A DNA stretch of 64,000 bases from Flavobacteriaceae bacterium. GTDB taxonomy: Bacteria > Bacteroidota > Bacteroidia > Flavobacteriales_C > GCA-002722245. Within the stretch, counting starts at the first letter, position 1; every line of letters begins with the position of its first letter. The stretch covers positions 11,793-75,792 of the forward strand of contig CAXRIN010000046.1 in NCBI GenBank assembly GCA_964230605.1. The letters are read 5' to 3'. The notes under the pieces are model-generated. The model had not been told where the DNA came from and made no database searches. It saw nothing but the letters and a program-made list of their open reading frames with translations. Of the stretch, positions 18,810 through 28,599 are shown piece after piece. The position numbers and the translations under genes were made by a program.

Positions 18810-19793
18810 TTACTTAAATGTTAAGTATACAGTATAGTCTACAGGAATACGCTTTGATCCTTTGTTCCATGAAGTAAGATTCATAGTGACATCGGTAATG
18901 ATTTGTTCTAGTTCTGGTGTTGTGATTGATTGAACATTTACTTCTTTTACTTTTCCTTTTGGAGTTACAGTGAATTTGAACACAACAGAAGAGTTTCTTT
19001 GTGGTATGTCAGAGTCTTTTACTTTGTCTTTTAATTTTGAAAATAACTCTTTTTCTAATAACTGGTTTCCTCCATCGTAAGCAACTAAACTAGATAAATC
19101 GTAAGTTTCATTTTTATATTTAGGATCAACTGAGCTAAAAGCTTTAATTGCTCTAACTTTTCGGGACTCTCTAGTAGCTACAAATTCAATTTTTTTAGCT
19201 TCTTTGGTTACTGTTTTTTTATCAGTAGTGATTTTAGTTAATGACTCATCCGGTTCTAATTTCGCCTCTTCAATTTTATCAGATGTAGATGTATCATTTT
19301 CAGATTGGTGAATAATCGTTTTCGAATCAGTTTGTGAACTGGTAATATCGGCAGATTGTTCGTTTTCGATTAATTCAGTTTCATTTTGTTTTTCAATCTT
19401 AAACTTATTGTCTTGTTCAGTAACAGAGTTTGATTTAGTCTCCTGCGTTGGAAGTTTTTGAACTTTAATATTTGGTTCGGAATTGTCCTTGAATAAGAAA
19501 ATAGATCCAATAACAAGAATAACAGAGATTAATCCAATTGAAATGTATTTGTTTAAACTTAGGTTATTAGAAGTTGAATATTTATTAGTAATCTCATTTG
19601 CAATACGAGAAACTGCAGATAAATCATCATTACTGATTAATTCAATTGCAGATTTAGATAAATCACAATTATTTAATTTATCAGCGTATTGCTCAAAGAG
19701 TTCTTGATTATCAGAGTTATTAACTAATAATTCAAGCTCCTCTTTAGATAAGCCAAGATGAATATGTTGATCTTTATTTTTCATTATTGTCAA
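18810..19793 (-). CDS. anti-sigma factor-like single-pass membrane protein with Ser/Thr/Glu-rich linker and C-terminal TonB-C-like domain
   Basis: Start overlaps the ECF sigma gene by 20 nt. Central TM ISIGLISVILVIGSIFLF, then a low-complexity linker. C-terminus (VVFKFTVTPKGKVKEVNV...YTVYLTF) resembles the TonB C-terminal fold. Confidence 0.45.
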   Translation of the reverse strand: MTIMKNKDQHIHLGLSKEELELLVNNSDNQELFEQYADKLNNCDLSKSAIELISNDDLSAVSRIANEITNKYSTSNNLSLNKYISIGLISVILVIGSIFLFKDNSEPNIKVQKLPTQETKSNSVTEQDNKFKIEKQNETELIENEQSADITSSQTDSKTIIHQSENDTSTSDKIEEAKLEPDESLTKITTDKKTVTKEAKKIEFVATRESRKVRAIKAFSSVDPKYKNETYDLSSLVAYDGGNQLLEKELFSKLKDKVKDSDIPQRNSSVVFKFTVTPKGKVKEVNVQSITTPELEQIITDVTMNLTSWNKGSKRIPVDYTVYLTFK

Positions 19794-20337
19794 TCAACAA
19801 TTTTAAGTTTCTTTTACCATTTTGAATATGACTTTTTACTTCATTTAACGAGTAGCCAGTCACATCAGCAACTTCTTTATAACTCTGCCCTTTGAAATAG
19901 AAAAGCTCAACACATTTTTGCTGGTCTGGCTTAATCTTTTCAAGCGACTTTTTTAGAATGTCAATTCTTTTCTGTAGCAATAATTCTTGTTCTAAAACTT
20001 CTTCAAAGTCATCATTTGATTCAATTTCTACTTTATTATCGCCGTAACTAACAACTTTCTTTATTTTAAAACAGTGAAATTTAGTTACACTATAAATCCA
20101 TGCGTTAAAGTTTTTTACATCATGATTTTGTAGATCCTTAACAACAACTTCAAATATTTCCTGAACAGTATCTTTTGCTTTTTGTTCATCTTTCAGAATT
20201 CCAAGAGCAATCGAAGCTACTAAATGAGCATACCTGCTAAATAATTCACCAAGGGCATCCATGTCTTTTTCAGACTTGTAAAAGCCAATCAACTCTCTGT
20301 CCAAGAGTTTATTGTATTTCTTTTTCCTTCCAAACAC
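19774..20337 (-). CDS. ECF-subfamily RNA polymerase sigma-70 factor
   Basis: 187 aa. Region 2 (ELFSRYAHLVASIALGIL..DTVQEIF) and region 4 HTH (SYKEVADVTGYSLNEVKSHIQNGKRNL). Confidence 0.8.
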   Translation of the reverse strand: MFGRKKKYNKLLDRELIGFYKSEKDMDALGELFSRYAHLVASIALGILKDEQKAKDTVQEIFEVVVKDLQNHDVKNFNAWIYSVTKFHCFKIKKVVSYGDNKVEIESNDDFEEVLEQELLLQKRIDILKKSLEKIKPDQQKCVELFYFKGQSYKEVADVTGYSLNEVKSHIQNGKRNLKLLIDNNEK

Positions 20338-20506
20338 TATAGATGACCTATTTATTAAGGGAAGTTAAGTTAATAATTCCATAATGTTTTTGAAATTTTT
20401 TCATCGTTTATCAGATGGTTGTTAGTGGAAATAAAATTTTTTCATTTTTTTTTATGGAAAATGAAATTTTGCCACCCTATTATATGAACTACCTTAAAAT
20501 AAGCAC

Positions 20507-20671
20507 ATGAAAAGAATTGTAACACTAAGCTTCGTACCTGTTGTTTTTTTATTAACTAGTTGTAAAACAGCTGCTCATGTTTGTGATGCTTACACTATGA
20601 AATTAAAAAAAGAGAAAATTGAGCAATTAAGAAATACGGCTTCGCTTAGCATTGAAATTGTACATAACTAA
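20507..20671 (+). CDS. small (54 aa) putative lipoprotein, not in supplied ORF track (below length cutoff)
   Basis: ATG at 20507. Translation MKRIVTLSFVPVVFLLTSCKTAAHVCDAYTMKLKKEKIEQLRNTASLSIEIVHN*. Signal peptide plus lipobox LTSC. Lies in the 367-bp divergent intergenic region. Confidence 0.3.
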   Translation: MKRIVTLSFVPVVFLLTSCKTAAHVCDAYTMKLKKEKIEQLRNTASLSIEIVHN

Positions 20672-20704
20672 ACATCCTTCCTATAGATTGCCCAATGAAA
20701 AGCA

Positions 20705-23182
20705 ATGACTCTCAGTCATTGCTTTTTTGTTTATTTTTGGCAGTCTGTGAGATTAGTACTTTTAATCATATTATTAACCAATACGCTTCTTTCTTACTCC
20801 CAAGAAATTAGAGGGAAAGTTATAGACGCTGATTCTAAAGAGTCTATACCTTTTGCTAATGCTTTTTGGGTTAAAAATCAAGTTGGTGCCATAGCAGATT
20901 TTAATGGCGTTTTTCAAATTGGATTTTACGAAAATGATACGCTTATAATTTCCTCTGTAGGATTGTCTGATTTAAGAGTTCCGAGTAAGGAGGCAAAAAC
21001 AAAAAAGGAATACTATTTATCTGCCTCAGCTCAAGTATTGGCTGATGTTCAAATTAAAGTAAAGCGTCGAAAACGACGAAAAAGAAAAGAAGACCCAGCC
21101 TATCTTTTGCATAAAGCAATTGCAGAAAATCGTGATAGGAATAATTTGAAAGAAAAACCACATTACGAATGTGATATATATAATAAAGTAGAAATTGACT
21201 TAAATAACGTCGATTCGAACACAAAAGATTTATTGCTGTTTAAGCCCATTTCTTTCGTTTTTGATAATCCTGATACCACTGGTTTGAAGAAGCCGTTTGC
21301 ACCAATTTTTTTGAGTGAAGGATTTTCAAATTATTATTTCAAGAACCCGAATAAAGAAAAGGAAGTTATACTCGCGTCCAAAAATGCGGGAATTAGCGTT
21401 CCATCCTTGGCTCAATATACAGGGAATGTTTATACAGATTTTAATATATACGCCAACTATATCAGAATCTTTCAAATGCAATTTATTTCTCCCTTGGCAA
21501 AAACAAGTTGGTTATCATATAAATATTATATCACCGATTCTATTATTAAAGGTGATACTACATTCTATCGTCTAGATTTTAAACCCAGACGAGAACAAGA
21601 CTTGGCTTTTGAAGGCTACTTAATTACAGATAATGTATCCCATGGAGTTAGTTCGATTCAATACAAAATCCCCAAGAGGTGTAATATTAACTATGTTGAA
21701 GAGTTTGTTATCGAACAAAAATATACTTTGCTAGATTCTTCTTGGGTTTTAAGCCATGAGAAGCTAGTGATTGATGTAAACCCGATGAAAAAAGTTTACG
21801 GTTTTTACATCCAGAAGAATACTGATTGGCTGAATTATGAATTTAACAAAGAAAGGGGGGATGATTTTTTCAGCACAGCACAGAAAACATTTGTTACGGA
21901 CTCTGCTTACAAATATGGTGATCAACTGCTTAAAAGGTATCGTCCTGTTGAGCTTGATACTGCCGAAAAGAATACCTACACAAAAGTAGATAGCGCAATG
22001 AATACAAGGTATTTAAAGGTTATTCAAAACCTATCTCAAATGGTTTATACAGGTTATTATCCTTTTAAATACTGGGAATACGGACCATATTACACTACGT
22101 ACAGTTTTAATAGTTTAGAAGGACAGAGGTTGCGATTAGGTTTTCAAACAACTCAATCTTTGTTTGAAAATTGGAGGTTGAGAGGATATGCGGCTCATGG
22201 TTTTGATGATGAAGTAACGAAGTACAGCGGGGTTGTTACCAAGTTTTATGGGTTCAAAAAATGGCGATATTTTGAATTTGAGCATTTGAACGATTACAAA
22301 ATTTTAAGCGCTAGTGATAACGCCTTTCAAGAAGACAATATACTAGCCTCATTAACCAGAAGAGTTGATCCAAAATATACTCATACAATCCGCTCCCGAT
22401 TTACATGGTCGCACGAATGGTATATTGGAATAAATAACTCCTTAGAATTAAAAACAGAAAAGTTAATACCAATAGGCTCCTTAACTTACAAAACACCCCT
22501 TGGAGAAGATGTAAATGAATTAAATGTTCATACAGTTAAAGTTGGAGGTCGGTTTGCATTGAATGAAAAGTTTGTCCGATATGGATTCAGAAGATTAAGT
22601 TTACTAACAACAAAGCCGCGTTTTGATTATGGCTATACTTATGGATTAAAAATCCAAAATGAAGGATTTGAGTTTCATAAACTCGAACTTCAAATGGCAG
22701 ATCGATATTATTTTGGATTCTTTGGATTCCTTGATGTAAGAATGTTTGCTGGTAAAATTTGGGGCGATTTACCATATCCTTTATTATTAAATCACCAAGG
22801 GAATGACTCCTATTATTTTGATAGTGAAGCGTTCAATTTAATGAATCCTTTTGAGTTTGTATCTGATCAGCAAGTAAGCTTAATGGCGAAGTATAATTTC
22901 AATGGATTGTTATTAAATAGAGTCCCGCTTTTAAAAAGAATGCACTTAAGATCATTTGTGTTCGCCAATAGTGTTTACGGAACATTAAACGACGGACATG
23001 AAAATTTAATTGAGCTACCAGAAGGTTTATCGGCTTTAAGTGAACCATACCTTGAAACAGGTTTTGGAATCGAAAATATTTTCAAGTTAATCCGATTAGA
23101 TTTCATTTGGCGATTAACCAATTCATCATCCCCAGAAGTTCAACAATTCGGTATTACGTTCGATATTGTTCCTGCTTTCTAG
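20705..23182 (+). CDS. DUF5686 / carboxypeptidase-regulatory-like (CarbD_reg) domain outer-membrane-associated protein
   Basis: N-terminal signal-like segment. CarbD_reg motif [30 protein letters not shown]. 825 aa with a beta-rich C-terminal body, as in Bacteroidota DUF5686 proteins. Confidence 0.5.
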   Translation: MTLSHCFFVYFWQSVRLVLLIILLTNTLLSYSQEIRGKVIDADSKESIPFANAFWVKNQVGAIADFNGVFQIGFYENDTLIISSVGLSDLRVPSKEAKTKKEYYLSASAQVLADVQIKVKRRKRRKRKEDPAYLLHKAIAENRDRNNLKEKPHYECDIYNKVEIDLNNVDSNTKDLLLFKPISFVFDNPDTTGLKKPFAPIFLSEGFSNYYFKNPNKEKEVILASKNAGISVPSLAQYTGNVYTDFNIYANYIRIFQMQFISPLAKTSWLSYKYYITDSIIKGDTTFYRLDFKPRREQDLAFEGYLITDNVSHGVSSIQYKIPKRCNINYVEEFVIEQKYTLLDSSWVLSHEKLVIDVNPMKKVYGFYIQKNTDWLNYEFNKERGDDFFSTAQKTFVTDSAYKYGDQLLKRYRPVELDTAEKNTYTKVDSAMNTRYLKVIQNLSQMVYTGYYPFKYWEYGPYYTTYSFNSLEGQRLRLGFQTTQSLFENWRLRGYAAHGFDDEVTKYSGVVTKFYGFKKWRYFEFEHLNDYKILSASDNAFQEDNILASLTRRVDPKYTHTIRSRFTWSHEWYIGINNSLELKTEKLIPIGSLTYKTPLGEDVNELNVHTVKVGGRFALNEKFVRYGFRRLSLLTTKPRFDYGYTYGLKIQNEGFEFHKLELQMADRYYFGFFGFLDVRMFAGKIWGDLPYPLLLNHQGNDSYYFDSEAFNLMNPFEFVSDQQVSLMAKYNFNGLLLNRVPLLKRMHLRSFVFANSVYGTLNDGHENLIELPEGLSALSEPYLETGFGIENIFKLIRLDFIWRLTNSSSPEVQQFGITFDIVPAF

Positions 23183-23229
23183 TTTTAATCAAGATTTTAC
23201 ATAGATTTGCACTTAAACTAAAAGTCTTT

Positions 23230-23958
23230 ATGTCTGAAATTAAGGTTCTTTCTATAGTCATACCAGCTTATAATGAAGCGGAAACAATCCATTTAATACT
23301 TGATAAAGTAAAAGATGTTGATTTATTGAATGGTATTGAAAAGGAAATTTTGATAGTAAATGATTGCAGTAAAGATGATACCGAAGGAGCAGTTAATCGT
23401 TATATAGATCTCAATCAAGATTTAAATATTAAGTACTTTATTCAACCTAAAAATATGGGTAAAGGTGCTGCATTGCATCGAGGAATAAAAGAAGCTACAG
23501 GAGATGTTGTATTAATTCAAGATGCAGACTTAGAGTATGATCCACGAGAGTACAATGATTTGCTAAAGCCAATGGTTGAAGGCTTCGCTGATGTGGTTTA
23601 CGGTTCTCGATTTATGGGGTCTAACCCGCATAGGATATTGTTTTTTTGGCATACTTTGGGTAATAAATTTCTAACATTTTTGTCTAACATGTTTACAAAC
23701 TTAAATCTAACAGATATGGAGACGTGTTACAAAATGTTTAAGGCTAAGCATATTAAAAGTTTAGATCTTAAGGAGAACAGATTTGGATTTGAGCCTGAGG
23801 TTACCGCTAAAATTAGTAGAATTCCTAAAATTTCAATTTATGAAGTTGGGATTTCCTATTATGGAAGAACTTACGATGAAGGGAAAAAAATTGGAGCAAA
23901 GGATGGATTTAGAGCAATATACTGTATCCTAAAATATGGTCTTTTCAAGTTGAAATAA
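23230..23958 (+). CDS. glycosyltransferase family 2 (DPM1/polyprenyl-phosphate sugar synthase-like, soluble form)
   Basis: Start at [18 protein letters not shown] (upstream part of the tracked ORF overlaps DUF5686). GT2 motifs [10 protein letters not shown] and QDADLEYDP (DxD). Confidence 0.7.
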   Translation: MSEIKVLSIVIPAYNEAETIHLILDKVKDVDLLNGIEKEILIVNDCSKDDTEGAVNRYIDLNQDLNIKYFIQPKNMGKGAALHRGIKEATGDVVLIQDADLEYDPREYNDLLKPMVEGFADVVYGSRFMGSNPHRILFFWHTLGNKFLTFLSNMFTNLNLTDMETCYKMFKAKHIKSLDLKENRFGFEPEVTAKISRIPKISIYEVGISYYGRTYDEGKKIGAKDGFRAIYCILKYGLFKLK

Positions 23959-23961
23959 CGG

Positions 23962-25254
23962 CTAACTTCTCAAACTTCTTAAATCTCCCCCTGAAGGTGT
24001 TTGAAAAACTTTAAGTTCAAATTCTGGCAGTATAGCAATAACATGGTCAAATATGTCTGCTTGAATTGCTTCGTAATAAGCCCATCTTTGTTCAGAACTG
24101 AAAACATAAATTTCGATTGGTATTCCAGTTTCGTTTGGTTCAAGTTGTCTTACCAAAAAAGTCATGTTTTTAGTAATCAATGGGTGGTTTTGCAAATACT
24201 TTTCAAGATAAGCTCTAAAACTTCCAAGGTTTGTTAGTTTTCTGATATTAGCTAGGTGCTTTTGATTTTTTCCAGAATTGAATTTTTCAAGATCAGCTTT
24301 TTTTTTGGCGAAGTAATCTTTTAACAAGTCAATTTCTTCCAATTTAGTCAAAAGTGCTTCATCACAGAATTTTACAGAATTCATGTCTATTTTGATTGCG
24401 CGCTTGATTCTTCTTCCGCCACTTTCTTCCATTCCCCGCCAGTTTTTAAAAGCTTCGGAAACAAAGGAGTAAGTTGGAATTGTGGTAATTGTTTTATCCC
24501 AGTTTTGAATTTTTACCGTTTGAAGTTTAATCTCAATCACATTTCCGTCGGCACCATATTTTGGGAATTCAACCCAATCGCCAATTTTAAGCATGTTATT
24601 AGCCGCAATTTGAATACTTCCTACAAAACCAAGGATGGTGTCTTTAAAGACCAACATCAATATTACCGACATTGCACCCAATGCGGAAAAAATACCCATA
24701 GGGGATTTTTCAACCAGAATAGAGGTGATGTAAATAGAACCAAGTATGTAAACAATTAACCTTATGAGCTGCATATAGCTTTCCAAAGGTTTGTCTTTCA
24801 AGAAAGGTCTGGATTCTAAGTAAAATTGAAATGCTCTAAAAAATGCAACAATAGTGAGCATGAAAGCAAATGTCAAATAAATGTCCGATGCTTTTTCCGC
24901 CGCCATTATCCAGCCAGGATGACCTTTGTAAAAAATAGGTGCTAATACCCCAATTAATACTGCTGGTAATATGTGAGCAACGTGTTTAAAAACCCTTTTT
25001 TCAAGTAATACATCATCCCAAGTGTTTTTTGTTTTTCGGATGATTCTTTCAATAATTACAAGTATTATTTTTCGAGCAATAAAATCGGCTATGATGCTTA
25101 GGGCAATTAAGCTAATTGTGATTATGGTTATTGAAATTAGATGTGAAAATTGACCTGTGATTCCAATGCTTGATAAAAAATTATCAAGTATTTCTGGGAA
25201 TGATTTTCCGAGATTATGAGTTAACTTACTATTATTTACTTGGAGTAATTTCAT
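23962..25254 (-). CDS. mechanosensitive ion channel (MscS) family protein
   Basis: N-terminal TM helices. MscS beta-domain signature ..IGDWVEF...G.VIEI.L..T.I...D...I.IPN-like (IGDWVEFPKYGADGNVIEIKLQTVKIQNWDKTITTIPTYSF). Confidence 0.75.
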   Translation of the reverse strand: MKLLQVNNSKLTHNLGKSFPEILDNFLSSIGITGQFSHLISITIITISLIALSIIADFIARKIILVIIERIIRKTKNTWDDVLLEKRVFKHVAHILPAVLIGVLAPIFYKGHPGWIMAAEKASDIYLTFAFMLTIVAFFRAFQFYLESRPFLKDKPLESYMQLIRLIVYILGSIYITSILVEKSPMGIFSALGAMSVILMLVFKDTILGFVGSIQIAANNMLKIGDWVEFPKYGADGNVIEIKLQTVKIQNWDKTITTIPTYSFVSEAFKNWRGMEESGGRRIKRAIKIDMNSVKFCDEALLTKLEEIDLLKDYFAKKKADLEKFNSGKNQKHLANIRKLTNLGSFRAYLEKYLQNHPLITKNMTFLVRQLEPNETGIPIEIYVFSSEQRWAYYEAIQADIFDHVIAILPEFELKVFQTPSGGDLRSLRS

Positions 25255-25955
25255 TTTTGAAAAACAAACTTGTATCCAATTCCTCTAACAGAATGAAAAT
25301 ATTCTGGAGATTTTGGATCGTGTTCAAAATATTTTCTAAAGTTTAATAAGTAATTATCAATTGTTCTGGTGCTTGGGTAAACGTCAACTCCCCAAATTAA
25401 TTCCAGAATAGTGTCTCGGGAAACCACTTCGTTCTTACGTTCGATTAATAATTTAAGTAACTGAATTTCTCTTGCGGTGAGCTGCCCTTCTTGATTTTTA
25501 ACTCCGATGAATTTATAAGTTGAGAAGTCAATTGTGTTTTCTCCAAATAGAAACTGATTAGAAATTTCGGGTCTTACTTTTTTTAGCTTTTCTCCTTTTT
25601 TAATTAAGATTTGAATCCTCAATAAAAGCTCTTCCAAATTAAAAGGCTTGAGTAAATAATCATCTGCACCAGCTTTTAAACCGTGAATTCGATCGGTACT
25701 GCTGCCTTTGGCAGATAGTATTAAAATAGGGATTTCACTGTCTTTTATTCTAATAGTTTCGCAAACGGTTAAACCATCTACATTTGGGAGCATAACATCG
25801 AGTAAAATCAAATCGAAACGCTGGCTTTCCCACATTTCAATGGCTTTTTTACCGTCATCAGCCACTTTTACAGTGTATCCTTCTAATTCAAGATTTAACT
25901 TGATAGCATCTATAAGATGTTCCTCATCTTCAACTAAAAGGATTCTTTTTTCCAT
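25251..25955 (-). CDS. OmpR/PhoB-family response regulator (REC + winged-helix); no adjacent histidine kinase
   Basis: REC motifs LLVEDEE, DLILLDVMLP, LILSAKG. C-terminal wHTH (TAREIQLLKLL...RGIGYKF). 4-nt overlap with the MscS gene downstream. Confidence 0.85.
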   Translation of the reverse strand: MEKRILLVEDEEHLIDAIKLNLELEGYTVKVADDGKKAIEMWESQRFDLILLDVMLPNVDGLTVCETIRIKDSEIPILILSAKGSSTDRIHGLKAGADDYLLKPFNLEELLLRIQILIKKGEKLKKVRPEISNQFLFGENTIDFSTYKFIGVKNQEGQLTAREIQLLKLLIERKNEVVSRDTILELIWGVDVYPSTRTIDNYLLNFRKYFEHDPKSPEYFHSVRGIGYKFVFQK

Positions 25956-26061
25956 AGCGCAAAGTTACTCAACCTTGTTAAATTATAGAAAAATAAAGCA
26001 GATATGGGTTTATTTGATGTAATTTAAACAACCCAATATCATAAACTTCGTTAGTTAAGTA

Positions 26062-27567
26062 ATGCGAAATTTTATTCTGTCATTATTACTTTTTGTTGCT
26101 TCTGGATTAAAAGCTCAGATTGTTTTGACGGCTCCAAGTCAGGAAGAAATTAATAGCTCAAGTTCAAACACAGCTGCTCTATTAATTGATACCACGATTG
26201 ATGTTTTAAATCAACTTGATAGTCGCGGTCGCCTAATTTTGGAAGTCCCTTCTTCGGAGGCTTTGAATTTATATTTTAGTGATTTCCATTTGTCTAGGGG
26301 CTCAGTTTTGCGCATTCGAAATTCAATTGGGAGAATTATTTATTCTTTCAATTATTCTGATAATCCACATTCTCGCTTTTTTGCAATTCCTCCGGTTGAA
26401 GGTCATCAGATTGAATTAGAGGTAGAAGGGGATGTGAAGGATTCCAAGATGATGATAAGTGAGGTAGGTTATTTTTTTAAATCAGAGGAAGATATAAAAA
26501 CATCCGGCTTTTGTGAAGTTGATGTAAATTGTAGTGAAGGCGATGAATGGCAGGATCAAAAAAAAGGTGTTGTCCGATTGCTATTAAAAACTAATGCTAG
26601 CTCTGTATATTGTTCAGGGACTTTACTGAATAATACGGCTAGAAACTGCAGACCATTTATTTATTCTGCCGATCATTGTTTAGATGGTGTTTCGGCTAAT
26701 AATCTGAATCAATCCTTTGCTTATTTTAATTATGAGAATTCTACATGTGGTTCTGATGATGGTGCCTCATCGGAATTTGTTTTAGGCATGAAATTAAGAG
26801 CTTCACAAACTTTTGATGATGGTGCAGACTTCATATTACTTGAATTAAATAGTGATGTTCCGCTAGAATACAGTCCTTATTTTAATGGTTGGAACCGAAC
26901 AGATGGTAATTTTTCAAACGGCGTTTCTATTCATCATCCAAATGGGGATGTTAAGAAAATCTCTACTTATAATTCATTCCTTTCAACTTCTAATTCAAGT
27001 CAATTAACGACCAATGCTTTTTGGCAAGTGAATTGGGTTGAAACCAATAACGGCCATGGTGTAACTGAAGCAGGTAGTTCAGGATCGCCTCTGTTTAATC
27101 AAGAAAAATTGGTAGTAGGAGCTTTGTCAGTAGGTTCTTCATTTTGTTCAAAGCCTAACGATCCAGATTTTTACGGCAAAGTTCATTACGGTTGGGATCA
27201 GGGAATAGATTCGACTCAACGTTTAGATTATTGGTTAGATCCAATCCAATCAGGAGAAGAAAAAATCCCAGGAAGTTATTTCCCATGTAATGATACAGCA
27301 ATTCAATACCTGCCAATAGATAGTATAGTGATTTTGGGAAATCTTGTTCAAGATGCATTGACTTTATATATTGAGCAAAAAGAGTCAAGTAAAGTTGATA
27401 TCGAAATATATTCAACTAGTGGGCAACTAGTTTTCATAAGAGAGTTTGATGCATCTAATATCATCAATGAAACGATGAATGTTGGCACATTAAGAGATGG
27501 CGCCTATTTCGTGAAGGTTGTTACTGGTGCCGAGACAAAAATTCTTCGATTTATAGTCGTTAATTAA
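26062..27567 (+). CDS. secreted trypsin-fold serine endopeptidase (lysyl/glutamyl-endopeptidase-like) with T9SS C-terminal sorting domain
   Basis: Signal peptide. Catalytic His context SADHC. Ser context GSSGSPLF. C-terminal ~80 aa (LTLYIE..KVDIEIYSTSGQLVF..KILRFIVVN) matches the Por-secretion CTD pattern. Confidence 0.6.
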   Translation: MRNFILSLLLFVASGLKAQIVLTAPSQEEINSSSSNTAALLIDTTIDVLNQLDSRGRLILEVPSSEALNLYFSDFHLSRGSVLRIRNSIGRIIYSFNYSDNPHSRFFAIPPVEGHQIELEVEGDVKDSKMMISEVGYFFKSEEDIKTSGFCEVDVNCSEGDEWQDQKKGVVRLLLKTNASSVYCSGTLLNNTARNCRPFIYSADHCLDGVSANNLNQSFAYFNYENSTCGSDDGASSEFVLGMKLRASQTFDDGADFILLELNSDVPLEYSPYFNGWNRTDGNFSNGVSIHHPNGDVKKISTYNSFLSTSNSSQLTTNAFWQVNWVETNNGHGVTEAGSSGSPLFNQEKLVVGALSVGSSFCSKPNDPDFYGKVHYGWDQGIDSTQRLDYWLDPIQSGEEKIPGSYFPCNDTAIQYLPIDSIVILGNLVQDALTLYIEQKESSKVDIEIYSTSGQLVFIREFDASNIINETMNVGTLRDGAYFVKVVTGAETKILRFIVVN

Positions 27568-27626
27568 CTCCGTTTAACACAGTTTATTCAGTCATTTCGT
27601 TAAGTAAGTAGTATTTTTGTGCTCTC

Positions 27627-28595
27627 ATGGGAAAAAATCTGCGTGCATTATATCGTTTAGCAAATTCATCGGAGATTAATTTTATAGAAGGTTTCGAAGA
27701 AGCAGGGATATCTGAAGGTTTTGTTTTTGCTGATTTTTCAAGAGAAAAGACATTTACGATTAAACCCAATCTTCAAAAAACAATTTCGAGAAATGAAGTT
27801 GCCTTGTTAGATTTTTCTTCCTCTAAAAAAACTGATTGGGAAAGTACACCTAAAGATGATTATGATTTTGGATTTACGATCCTTCAAAACGAAATAGAAC
27901 AGAAGCATATTCACAAAGCAATTTTATCGCGAAAAAAAGTAATCGATAAAAAAGTCAATGCGGTACAAATATTCTTGGATTTAGAAGAGAATTATAAAGA
28001 GTCGCATGTTTTTCTAATTGAGACACCTGACAATGAGTTATGGATTGGCGCCACACCAGAAACATTATTGACAGAATTTAATGGTGATTTTGAAACCATG
28101 TCGCTAGCAGGAACCAAAAAAGATTTGGTTACAGATTGGACATCGAAAGAATATGAAGAGCAAAGAATTGTAACAAATACAATTGTAGGAGAATTGTTTA
28201 AGCTGGGGATCGATCCAGTGATTTCTGATTTAGAAACCGCAAAAGCAGGTATGGTTTATCATTTAAGAAATAAAATAAATTTCAGCAGTAATAAATCTGT
28301 TTTAGAGATAGCAGAAGCTCTGCATCCAACTCCTGCAATATCTGGAAGTCCAAAAATACAAGCAGTTTCAACCATAAAAATTGCCGAAAATCATAGTCGT
28401 GAGTTCTATTGCGGAATAGGAGGCCCTTATAGCGTAGGAGGTAAAACTCATTTGTTTGTAAATCTGCGTTGCGCATCGATTTCTGAAAATCAAATATGTT
28501 TATTTGTAGGTGGAGGTATTACAAAAGACTCAGTTTTAGATAAAGAATGGGAAGAATGCGAACGTAAAGCGCTTTCCTTATTAAGTTATTTGTGA
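27627..28595 (+). CDS. menF: isochorismate synthase (menaquinone-specific, MenF-like chorismate-binding enzyme)
   Basis: Chorismate-binding motifs (ATPETLL, PTPAISGSPK, GGPYSV..., RCASI). Directly followed by menD and menA. Confidence 0.65.
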   Translation: MGKNLRALYRLANSSEINFIEGFEEAGISEGFVFADFSREKTFTIKPNLQKTISRNEVALLDFSSSKKTDWESTPKDDYDFGFTILQNEIEQKHIHKAILSRKKVIDKKVNAVQIFLDLEENYKESHVFLIETPDNELWIGATPETLLTEFNGDFETMSLAGTKKDLVTDWTSKEYEEQRIVTNTIVGELFKLGIDPVISDLETAKAGMVYHLRNKINFSSNKSVLEIAEALHPTPAISGSPKIQAVSTIKIAENHSREFYCGIGGPYSVGGKTHLFVNLRCASISENQICLFVGGGITKDSVLDKEWEECERKALSLLSYL

Positions 28596-28599
28596 TTTT

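Noticed and set aside
23107-23229. N-terminal 41-aa extension of the GT2 ORF overlapping the 3' end of the DUF5686 gene
   Set aside because: The GT2 fold starts at [16 protein letters not shown]. The extension overlaps the upstream gene in another frame.
25708-26022. 104-aa ORF antisense to the response regulator gene
   Set aside because: Embedded antisense in a high-confidence CDS.
27584-27769. 61-aa minus-strand ORF overlapping the menF start
   Set aside because: Shadow ORF across a gene start. No support.
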